A stretch of 47,011 bases of DNA, from positions 1-47,011 of the forward strand of contig JAZRJN010000043.1 in NCBI GenBank assembly GCA_045645785.1. The letters are read 5' to 3'. Position 1 is the stretch's first letter. Every line of letters begins with the position of its first letter. The DNA is from Candidatus Aphodosoma sp. (lineage in GTDB: Bacteria > Bacteroidota > Bacteroidia > Bacteroidales > Paludibacteraceae). The position numbers were made by a program, and so were the translations under genes. Positions 9,419 through 17,198 of this stretch are shown here, piece by piece. The notes beneath the pieces were generated by a model. The model was not told the origin of the DNA. It saw only the letters and a program-made list of their open reading frames with translations, and did no database searches.

Positions 9419-11338
9419 TTATTGCCATTCGATAGCATCTGCTGATTTAGCATAATTACTATTTTTACGAGCCCACACCATACGCTTGCGCAACCAATCA
9501 GGATTTTTGTATGCACCAAGCGATTGAAGTTGCTCAACATTATATTTATCTTCTGTTTCTGGGTCATAATTCAAACGATGCACCCACGCATTTGGAGAAA
9601 ATTTAGCATTAATACCAAAATTAGCAGAAGTTGACCAATATGCCTCATAAAGATTATAAGGACGTGTAAGAGATCTTGTATCAGTGAAAAAAGTTTCTGG
9701 ATTTTTTATAAACTTATTTGGATTAGCCAATTTTTTAATATCTTCTTCTACATGCACTTTATTAACATCATAAACAAAAACGCCATTATAAGTGATGCCA
9801 TTAGTAGAACTTGAATGATTATAACGACGAATATCAGTCCATTGTTCAGAAAGAAGATACATTGCTACATATTTTTGTTGCATAATTGTAGCAATCGAAA
9901 AATCTTCTTTAGCGAGACGAATCTTACGGAACCAAGCATGATTTTTAGCCTCAAGTTCTGTACTTGCAGAATCGGCAGCCATCACACCATAACGTTGCAT
10001 ACTTGCATCTACAGCAAGAAGCGTTGTTTCATAAGCTTCTAAACCATTACGCCCTTGATTTACAGAAAGCCAATACTCAGCTTCTGCCTTAATGAACAAT
10101 AACTCTTCTTCAGTATAAATAGCCACATAACCATCATCTTTTACGTATGGATTTTGAGGTAAAACTTTCAAATTATCAGCTATTGTGATTCCATAAAGGT
10201 CAGGATAATTAGTCGCTTTATGAGAAATATCCATACCCTTATTATTGTCAAGATAACGGAACGTTGTAGTCATACTATTGTTATTGTTATCAGCACCACC
10301 ACGTGGTGTCATCATACGAGATGCACGAGGATCAAGCGCAAGACCAATCTTAGATGCAACAGTAGATTTTACATCTGTGTACATACCCAACAAATAATGA
10401 CCAAAGAAACGAGAAGGCACTGCAGAAGAAAGAAGATTTGCACGACTTTCCCAACTATTGATAACTGGTTGCATAGGACCCCAAGGAGCATTTTTTTCAC
10501 CAGATCCATCAGCATAATAAACATAACGAGGTTCTTGCCAATTTGGGTCATTCAAAACAGCATCAACTGCATCAATAATCTCTTGACAAGCCTTAGCATT
10601 ATTATCCCAATTAGGCAATTTACGAATAAGCATACGAGCCTTCAATGCTTTTGTAAATGCAGCCCACTTACCAAGATCGCCTTGATAAATACGATCCATT
10701 GTTGCATTAATAGGTTGATTTGTAGAACATTTAGTCCATGTTGTATCTTCATAAAGTTCAAGGAGTTTATCAACCTCACGCTCCAACCAAGCATAAACTT
10801 CTTCTTGAGATTCGTATGTTGGTTGAAGTTTTGACTTATCTTCATAAAAATCAGAATTCCAATACTCTTCAAGGTCTTCAATATGACCATACGACTCACG
10901 AAGAGGCATACCTCCAAAAAGGTCTGTTGTCATAAGCGTTGAATGAAGGCGCATTGTACGAGCAATAAGCGCAAAATTACGATAATTGTTTTTCTTCGCC
11001 TCTTCTGTCAACACAAAAATATTTACACCAAGATCGTAATAATGACGACGCCATTGTGGGTGACGATTCATAGAAAGAAATTCCCATCCTTGTTTATAAG
11101 CATACGAACCAGTTTGCGAACGCCCTCCTGTTGTAAGACACTGACTAAGATAAACACCATACTCTGCATGGTCATACTCCAACTGTGATGTATAAAAAAC
11201 AAGAACAGGCAATATTTGGTCTGGAGTAACTGTAGTTGGGCTATCTGGACTTGTGTTGATATCAAGCCATTTTTCGCAACTTGTCATTGAAAACAAAGCC
11301 ACAAAACCCAAAATTAGATATATTGATACTTTTTTCAT
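9419..11338 (-). CDS. SusD/RagB family nutrient-binding outer membrane lipoprotein
   Basis: 639-aa ORF. MKKVSIYLILGFVALFSMTSCEKWLDINTSPDSPT is the typical SusD-like lipobox and start. Directly follows the SusC-like gene. Confidence 0.9.
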   Translation of the reverse strand: MKKVSIYLILGFVALFSMTSCEKWLDINTSPDSPTTVTPDQILPVLVFYTSQLEYDHAEYGVYLSQCLTTGGRSQTGSYAYKQGWEFLSMNRHPQWRRHYYDLGVNIFVLTEEAKKNNYRNFALIARTMRLHSTLMTTDLFGGMPLRESYGHIEDLEEYWNSDFYEDKSKLQPTYESQEEVYAWLEREVDKLLELYEDTTWTKCSTNQPINATMDRIYQGDLGKWAAFTKALKARMLIRKLPNWDNNAKACQEIIDAVDAVLNDPNWQEPRYVYYADGSGEKNAPWGPMQPVINSWESRANLLSSAVPSRFFGHYLLGMYTDVKSTVASKIGLALDPRASRMMTPRGGADNNNNSMTTTFRYLDNNKGMDISHKATNYPDLYGITIADNLKVLPQNPYVKDDGYVAIYTEEELLFIKAEAEYWLSVNQGRNGLEAYETTLLAVDASMQRYGVMAADSASTELEAKNHAWFRKIRLAKEDFSIATIMQQKYVAMYLLSEQWTDIRRYNHSSSTNGITYNGVFVYDVNKVHVEEDIKKLANPNKFIKNPETFFTDTRSLTRPYNLYEAYWSTSANFGINAKFSPNAWVHRLNYDPETEDKYNVEQLQSLGAYKNPDWLRKRMVWARKNSNYAKSADAIEWQ

Positions 11339-11350
11339 AAATAAATATTT

Positions 11351-11400
11351 AGTAGCGAGTAGCGAGTAACGAGATTAGGGGCACTCAGCTTCGCCTCGTT
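11351..11400 (+). repeat. GAGTAGC-class heptad array plus partial-complement S module
   Basis: agtagcg agtagcg agtaacg ag, then attaggggcactcagcttcgcctcgtt. Lies 13 nt upstream of the SusD start and fills the susC-susD gap. Confidence 0.9.
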
Positions 11401-11416
11401 AATATTTTCTATACTT

Positions 11417-14400
11417 TTAGAAACCTAATGTTAAAGAGAAATTGAAACCACGAGTCATAGGAACTGAATAGTTATCAACACCAGCAGCACCAGTACCACC
11501 TGAACTAGGAGATGCATTAGCCAATGGATTTGAACCTGTATAACGAGTCAACAAGAACAAATTAGTTCCAGTAAGAGAACATTTAAAATTGGTGATTTTA
11601 GAACGATTTTTAACCAAATCAGTAAAATCGTATGCCAAAGTCAAATGTGCAAGACGAATATAAGAACCATCTTCAATAAAGTTAGAAGAAACATTATAAT
11701 AATAATTTGATATTGTTGTTGCATCAAGAGTTATTGGAGTTGTATTTTTTTCATAAATTGGATTGCCATTAGCATCTGTTCCTGTTTGCACAACACCATC
11801 CCATACTACTTGACGTCCACGATATTGTTCAAGTGCTTTATGCATACCATTACTCCAAAGTCCACGACCCGTAACATTAGCAATATCACCTCCAAGACGA
11901 CCATCAAATAACATATTAATAGAAAAACCTTTATATCTGAATGTAGTATTAAAACCACCTGAGAATAGAGGTTCACGATTACCTATTAATACCGATTTAG
12001 TAGGACTAATTTTTGGATAACCACTTGCGTCAACAACAACTTGTCCATCAGTTGTACGTTCATAATCTTTACCCGTCAATGCGGTAGTACTACCACCTAA
12101 GAAAGCAGAAGCAAAAATATCACCATATTGACCACCTTGCAACTCAACCAACCCCTCTGGAAGTTTTGTCAAAACACCTCGGTTAAGACCTAGGTTAATT
12201 CCTACAGTCCACGCAAGATTCTTTTTACGGAAAATATCTTGATCGAATTGAATTTCCACACCATGGTTTTTAACAGTACCCTCGTTACGAGTCATAAGAA
12301 TATGACCAGCAGAAGGTGATACACGAACTGTAACAATTTGATTATCGGCTACCGTAGAATAGTAAGCAACATCAAGACGAGTGCGATTTTGGAAGAATTT
12401 CAATTCAAGACCAATCTCCCAAGAGGTAGAAATCTCTGGAGCAAGAGATGCCGCTACTGACATTGTTGGATTAGAGCTATATCCGCCATCAGGGAATGTG
12501 GTTTGTTGCTTAAACTTACGGTCATACAAATAAGGTTGAGCATCTTTACCTACCATTGCCCAGTTACCACGAAGTTTACCATAATTAAACCAATTATTCG
12601 CAATACCAAAAATTTCAGACCAAATAATACCTGCGGTTACTGAGGGATAAAAATATGGATTATGTTCATAAAGAAGAGTTGAAGACCAATCCCAACGACC
12701 AGTAACAGAAAGTGATGCTAAGCCATTATAATCTGCTCGAAGTTCACCAAACACACCAGCATTACGTTTTTGGCGATGACTTACTGAATTGTCCGAATTA
12801 AGAATACTTTCACTAACATTACTCAAACTATAAACACCAGGAATAATAAAATCACGACCTGCAAGAGCACTTGAAGATGATTCATACATACGTGCCTCTG
12901 CACCAACCATAAAATTAACATTAAACTCTTTAGGCAACTCAAGACGATAACTTCCCATTACGTTTGCAGTAAGAAGACCACTACGAGATGCACTATAACT
13001 ATAATTACCAAGAAGATCTTTATCTATTTTATCTAATTGACTTTGTGTAAGAAATGGATTAGTAAGATATTCGGCTGTTCCAAGTAAAGAATCATCAAGA
13101 ACAACAGAATCATCAAAACGAGGCACCGAATAACCATCATAACTATAGTTAGAAGAGTCGTAACTAATACGTCCTATAAACTCAAGACCTTTTACCGGTT
13201 TATAAGAAATATTACCCATCAACATAGTACGAAGTGAACGATTTTTTCCACTATCCATATAACGACTCCAAAGTGGAGAAATTGGAGAACTTGCTTTTTC
13301 ATCAGCCATGTAACGAAAACGGATAGAACCATCTTCATTTTTATAATTTGTAATATCATCATTAATAGGCCAAGAATAGATACTTGAAATAGAACCCGCA
13401 CCACGATATTGATTATTATTCACGTTTGCCATCATGGTTACAGTCACTTGTTTAGAAATATTATAAGTACCTTTCAACATAATACCCACTTTTTGGAGAT
13501 AGTCTTCAGGCACAATACCATCATTTTTAGAAAAATTAGCAGAAGCAAAACCTTGGAATTTTTCATTACCTCCAGTTACATTAAGGTCATACTTTTGATA
13601 AAAACCATTTTGAAAATAGTTTTTCACATTATTATAACGAGGAGCATCTGCTGCAAGCATTGGTCCCCAACCTCCACCTGTTTGTTGCTTATAAAAACCA
13701 AGAGCACCAGGGCCATACGTCATCTGTGTTTCGATAAGACGCATTGGAGTGTCGAGTTGAAGGCTAGCATTAGCTGTCACAGTAACTTTGCCCGAACTAT
13801 TACGTTTAGTAGTTACCATAATAACACCATTTGCACCCTCTTGACCATAAAGAGCTGAAGCAGCAGCACCCTTCAATACTGTAATATTTTCAATATCATT
13901 AGGGTTAATATCATTCATACTTGAAGCTCCTCCCGAAAGAGGCATACCATCAAGAATAAACAAAGGCTCATTAGATTGACTTGAGTTAACAGATGAGATA
14001 CCACGAATAATAATTTGAGAACCTGCGTTTGGTGAACCACCTGCATTAGTTACACTAACACCCGAAATTTGACCTTGAAGAGCAGAAACAAAGTTGGATG
14101 ATTTACCACTTGTAATAGCCTCATTATCCACACTTTGAACAGCAAAGTTCAATGTTTTCTTTTCTTGCGTCACACCCATTGCTGTTACAACGACCTCATC
14201 CAACACTTCTGCATCTGTTGCAAGGACAACATTTTGTATTGCATTTTTAATAACTATCTCTTGAGTTTTCATACCAACATAAGAGATAATAAGAGTTTGT
14301 CCTTTTTCTGCCGTAAGTGAATAATTACCATCAAAGTCGGTAATAGTACCATTTGTTGTGCCTTTCACAAGAATAGAAGCACCAATAACAGGTTGCCCAT

Positions 14401-14500
14401 CATCTTTAGATGTAACAACACCTGTTACAGTCAGCGATTGTGCAAATCCTAATTGGACCATCATACACAACGCTGCGATGATTAAGGAGATTTTTTTCAT
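11417..14500 (-). CDS. SusC/RagA family TonB-linked outer membrane protein
   Basis: 1027-aa ORF with signal peptide and an N-terminal carboxypeptidase-regulatory-like domain (VTGVVTSKDDGQPVIGASILVKGTTNGTITDFDGNYSL). Has a plug region (PLFILDGMPL) and C-terminal ...FNFSLTLGF. No STN domain. Confidence 0.95.
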   Translation of the reverse strand: MKKISLIIAALCMMVQLGFAQSLTVTGVVTSKDDGQPVIGASILVKGTTNGTITDFDGNYSLTAEKGQTLIISYVGMKTQEIVIKNAIQNVVLATDAEVLDEVVVTAMGVTQEKKTLNFAVQSVDNEAITSGKSSNFVSALQGQISGVSVTNAGGSPNAGSQIIIRGISSVNSSQSNEPLFILDGMPLSGGASSMNDINPNDIENITVLKGAAASALYGQEGANGVIMVTTKRNSSGKVTVTANASLQLDTPMRLIETQMTYGPGALGFYKQQTGGGWGPMLAADAPRYNNVKNYFQNGFYQKYDLNVTGGNEKFQGFASANFSKNDGIVPEDYLQKVGIMLKGTYNISKQVTVTMMANVNNNQYRGAGSISSIYSWPINDDITNYKNEDGSIRFRYMADEKASSPISPLWSRYMDSGKNRSLRTMLMGNISYKPVKGLEFIGRISYDSSNYSYDGYSVPRFDDSVVLDDSLLGTAEYLTNPFLTQSQLDKIDKDLLGNYSYSASRSGLLTANVMGSYRLELPKEFNVNFMVGAEARMYESSSSALAGRDFIIPGVYSLSNVSESILNSDNSVSHRQKRNAGVFGELRADYNGLASLSVTGRWDWSSTLLYEHNPYFYPSVTAGIIWSEIFGIANNWFNYGKLRGNWAMVGKDAQPYLYDRKFKQQTTFPDGGYSSNPTMSVAASLAPEISTSWEIGLELKFFQNRTRLDVAYYSTVADNQIVTVRVSPSAGHILMTRNEGTVKNHGVEIQFDQDIFRKKNLAWTVGINLGLNRGVLTKLPEGLVELQGGQYGDIFASAFLGGSTTALTGKDYERTTDGQVVVDASGYPKISPTKSVLIGNREPLFSGGFNTTFRYKGFSINMLFDGRLGGDIANVTGRGLWSNGMHKALEQYRGRQVVWDGVVQTGTDANGNPIYEKNTTPITLDATTISNYYYNVSSNFIEDGSYIRLAHLTLAYDFTDLVKNRSKITNFKCSLTGTNLFLLTRYTGSNPLANASPSSGGTGAAGVDNYSVPMTRGFNFSLTLGF

Positions 14501-14513
14501 AAATTAGACTTTT

Positions 14514-14554
14514 AATAGCGAGTAGCGAGTAGCAAAACTCAACTCCTCCTTGTT
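14514..14554 (+). repeat. GAGTAGC-class heptad array plus S-like module
   Basis: aatagcg agtagcg agtagca, then aaactcaactcctccttgtt; lies 14 nt upstream of the SusC start codon. Confidence 0.85.
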
Positions 14555-14593
14555 TATTTTTATAGATTTTTATTCCTAACAAACAACAACAAT

Positions 14594-14642
14594 CGACTAT
14601 TGACTGTTGACTATTGACTGTTGACTGTTGACTATTGACTAT
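14594..14642 (+). repeat. Heptad array TTGACTR, 7 units
   Basis: cgactat tgactgt tgactat tgactgt tgactgt tgactat tgactat. The last unit contains the murQ stop codon (TAG on minus, plus 14639-14641). Confidence 0.95.
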
Positions 14643-15451
14643 TTATTATACGCATCAATAGCAGCTTTCACCTCTCCATGCATAAGAAGCAAATTTTTTG
14701 CTTGGTCGTATGGCAAACCGAGTTCCTCTACAATCATACGAGTACCACGATCGACCAATTTAGCATTAGACAACTGCATATTCACCATCTTATTACCCTT
14801 AACACGACCCAACTGAATCATTGTCGTAGTCGTAATCATATTAAGAATAAGTTTTTGTGCTGTACCTGATTTAAGACGAGTACTACCTGTGACAAATTCA
14901 GGCCCTACAATTGCTTCAATAACAATATCAGCCTCTGCCGCAATCGGTGTATCAGGATTACAAGAAATCGAAGCTGTTAAAATACCATTTTCACGAGCAT
15001 GACGCATAGCCCCAATAACGTATGGAGTTGTACCCGAAGCAGCAATACCCACAACAACATCTTTATCACAAATATTACGGTCAAGCAATTCTTGCCATCC
15101 TTTTTCAAAATCATCTTCGGCATTCTCTACTGGATTACGAAGTGCGTGTTCTCCACCTGCAATAAGTCCAATAACCAACGTATTTGGCATACCAAATGTT
15201 GGAGGAATTTCCGACGCATCAAGCACACCAAGACGTCCACTCGTGCCAGCACCCATATAAAAAATACGACCACCTTTTTTCATACGTGGCACTATTTCCG
15301 AAACCAACTTTTCAATAGCAGGCAACGCCTTTTCTACGGCAAGAGGCACTTTTTGGTCCTCTTGATTCATGTTATACAAAAGTTCACCTATACTCATTTG
15401 GTCAAGATTACTATAAAGCGAACTTTTTTCTGTTATTTTTTCAAAAGCCAT
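14639..15451 (-). CDS. murQ: N-acetylmuramic acid 6-phosphate etherase
   Basis: 270-aa ORF. SIS-domain protein with GAGTSGRLGVLDASE and the overall MurQ length and architecture. Confidence 0.9.
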   Translation of the reverse strand: MAFEKITEKSSLYSNLDQMSIGELLYNMNQEDQKVPLAVEKALPAIEKLVSEIVPRMKKGGRIFYMGAGTSGRLGVLDASEIPPTFGMPNTLVIGLIAGGEHALRNPVENAEDDFEKGWQELLDRNICDKDVVVGIAASGTTPYVIGAMRHARENGILTASISCNPDTPIAAEADIVIEAIVGPEFVTGSTRLKSGTAQKLILNMITTTTMIQLGRVKGNKMVNMQLSNAKLVDRGTRMIVEELGLPYDQAKNLLLMHGEVKAAIDAYNK

Positions 15452-15464
15452 ATTTTAGATATTT

Positions 15465-15535
15465 AGTAGCGAGTAGCGAGTAACGAGACCCTCCCCCCCC
15501 TTGTTCCTTTTTCCTTGTTCCCTATTCCTTGTGAT
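15465..15535 (+). repeat. Composite element: GAGTAGC heptads + C-tract + TTGTTCC heptads
   Basis: agtagcg agtagcg agtaacg ag | accctcccccccc | ttgttcc tttttcc ttgttcc ctattcc ttgtgat. It fills the whole gap between the kinase stop (TAG at 15522-15524, inside the array) and the murQ start. Confidence 0.9.
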
Positions 15536-16367
15536 AACAGACAAGTCCTTCGATAGGGTTTTGCATTATTTTGCCTAACTTAATACCACAAGCATCTGCT
15601 GCTTCGGTAAGTTCAGCATTAAAATAAAATGCTATCGAACCAATAAAGCCAACCTCAAGTGTTTGCCACTCTTCATATTGCTTAATATTACGGTTGAAAA
15701 ATGCCTTGAATGCCTCAACAAGCAAATTATGAATATAAACATTATCACGATGAGCTGACATAAACTTCGTAAACTGAGCTAACCAACGATTTGCGAATGG
15801 TTGTTTATACACCCTATCAACAATACCAAGATAAGTCAACCCATACTCCTCTGTCAAAGCATTATAGATATCCTGTGGCATCTGCTTCTTCACCCAATCC
15901 GAAATCAACAACTTACCAAGCACACCGCCCGAACCTTCATCGCCCAAAATATATCCGCCAGCATAAACCCCTTTAACCAAATTCTCGCCATCATAAACAC
16001 TAGAATTTGCACCAGTACCAAGAATACATGCAATCCCCCTCTTCTTTCCCAACAAACCACGCGCTGCACCCAACATATCCGACGCAACCATAACATTTTT
16101 TGCCTTAAGAAGATCCATCAACACCCTTTCCAACGCTTTATTTTTAATAGGATCTGCACATCCTGCACCATAAAAATAAACATTTTCAACAATATTCCCA
16201 TCTATCTCTGGCAATAAAGTCTCTTTTAATTGACCAAAAATCTCCTCCTCAGTTTGGAAAAACGGATTTATCCCCAAAGTTTCAAACCTCTTAACAATCT
16301 GATTACCACACAACAAACACCACACAGTCTTTGTTGAACCGCTATCCACAATAAGATTCTTTAACAT
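15522..16367 (-). CDS. BadF/BadG/BcrA/BcrD-type sugar kinase (N-acetylglucosamine / MurNAc kinase, MurK-like)
   Basis: The track ORF 15522..16727 has an implausible low-complexity N-terminal extension that overlaps the XRE gene. The ATG at 16367 gives 281 aa starting MLKNLIVDSGSTKTVW (ASKHA phosphate-1 motif DxGxT), with ILGTGANS and GYILGDEGSG. Adjacent to murQ, as in the Tannerella murTKQ arrangement. Confidence 0.8.
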   Translation of the reverse strand: MLKNLIVDSGSTKTVWCLLCGNQIVKRFETLGINPFFQTEEEIFGQLKETLLPEIDGNIVENVYFYGAGCADPIKNKALERVLMDLLKAKNVMVASDMLGAARGLLGKKRGIACILGTGANSSVYDGENLVKGVYAGGYILGDEGSGGVLGKLLISDWVKKQMPQDIYNALTEEYGLTYLGIVDRVYKQPFANRWLAQFTKFMSAHRDNVYIHNLLVEAFKAFFNRNIKQYEEWQTLEVGFIGSIAFYFNAELTEAADACGIKLGKIMQNPIEGLVCYHKE

Positions 16368-16426
16368 AATAATACAATTTGGAGCAAAGTAAATAAAAAA
16401 AAATGAAATAAACAAAAAAAAGAATG

Positions 16427-16453
16427 ATTTTATTTTGTAGTACAAAATAAAAT
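16427..16453. promoter_or_regulatory. 27-bp perfect palindrome, candidate operator
   Basis: ATTTTATTTTGTA-g-TACAAAATAAAAT. It overlaps the -33 TTTG and ends 3 nt before the -7 box of the XRE-S24/nagB promoter, 60 nt from the divergent kinase start. Confidence 0.6.
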
Positions 16454-16464
16454 ACATATCTTTG
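16434..16464 (+). promoter_or_regulatory. Bacteroidota-type promoter (-33 TTTG / -7 TAnnTTTG) for the XRE-S24/nagB operon
   Basis: TTTG at 16434-16437, a 19-nt spacer, then TATCTTTG at 16457-16464; lies 37 nt upstream of the ATG at 16501. Confidence 0.55.
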
Positions 16465-16500
16465 CATCGAAATTCAACAAAAAGTTTAATTTGATTTAAA

Positions 16501-17184
16501 ATGGCTGACTTATCAATAATAAAACCACTATTAAAAGAACGCGGAATAAAAATAAAAGATTTCTGCGATGAATTAGGTTTAACCGAACAAGGTTTTGCTA
16601 AATTAGTACGAGCAAATTCCACAAAAATAGAAACCCTTGAGCTTATAGCACAAAAACTCAATATTCCTGTAAGTGTATTTTTCACAGAACCAAAACAAGA
16701 AAAACACGAAGCAGAACTATTAACCAATATGCATTGCGTAGAAGTACCTATAGTACCCGTTTATGCATACGCAAGTTTTCTTCATGGGCATGATGATACG
16801 GAATATATAGATTCACTACCAACCATGTCGGTTATAATTGATCGCAAATATGGCAAAGATGGCTTTTTGATTTTTGAAGTCAAAGGCAATAGTATGAATG
16901 ATGGAACAAATAGGTCATTAATAGATGGAGACAAAATTTTGGTTAAAGAATTAGATAGTGATTGTTGTCGTACAAAACTAAAAACAGGAGATAATTTTTT
17001 CGTTATCATTCACCGAACAGATGGTATTGTTGTGAAACAAATAGTTGAACATCAAGTGGAAGATGGTATCATTCGTTGCCACTCTATCAATCCATCGTCC
17101 AAATATCATGATTTTAATATAGATTTACGAGAAGTTACTCGCATTTTCAAAGTTGTAGCTATTGTCGGAAGAAAATTCAAATAA
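16501..17184 (+). CDS. XRE-family HTH transcriptional repressor with LexA/CI-like S24 peptidase domain
   Basis: 227-aa ORF. N-terminal HTH (IKDFCDELGLTEQGFAKLVRANSTKIETLELIAQKLNIPVSVFF). C-terminal S24 fold with catalytic-type Ser in VKGNSMNDG and Lys in IVVKQIV. Confidence 0.85.
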   Translation: MADLSIIKPLLKERGIKIKDFCDELGLTEQGFAKLVRANSTKIETLELIAQKLNIPVSVFFTEPKQEKHEAELLTNMHCVEVPIVPVYAYASFLHGHDDTEYIDSLPTMSVIIDRKYGKDGFLIFEVKGNSMNDGTNRSLIDGDKILVKELDSDCCRTKLKTGDNFFVIIHRTDGIVVKQIVEHQVEDGIIRCHSINPSSKYHDFNIDLREVTRIFKVVAIVGRKFK

Positions 17185-17198
17185 TAAAAATCTAATAT

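Noticed and set aside
14594-14642. CRISPR array interpretation of the tandem arrays (also 37774..37845 and 41650..41684)
   Set aside because: The units are 7-9 nt and directly abutting, with no spacers. CRISPR repeats are about 23-50 nt and separated by unique spacers. There are no cas genes in the window.
16368-16727. N-terminal 120-codon extension of the kinase ORF given in the track (15522..16727)
   Set aside because: The extension is low-complexity (FFFLFISFFFIYF...). It runs antisense through the promoter and palindrome region and overlaps the well-supported XRE gene. The ATG at 16367 gives a canonical ASKHA kinase N-terminus.
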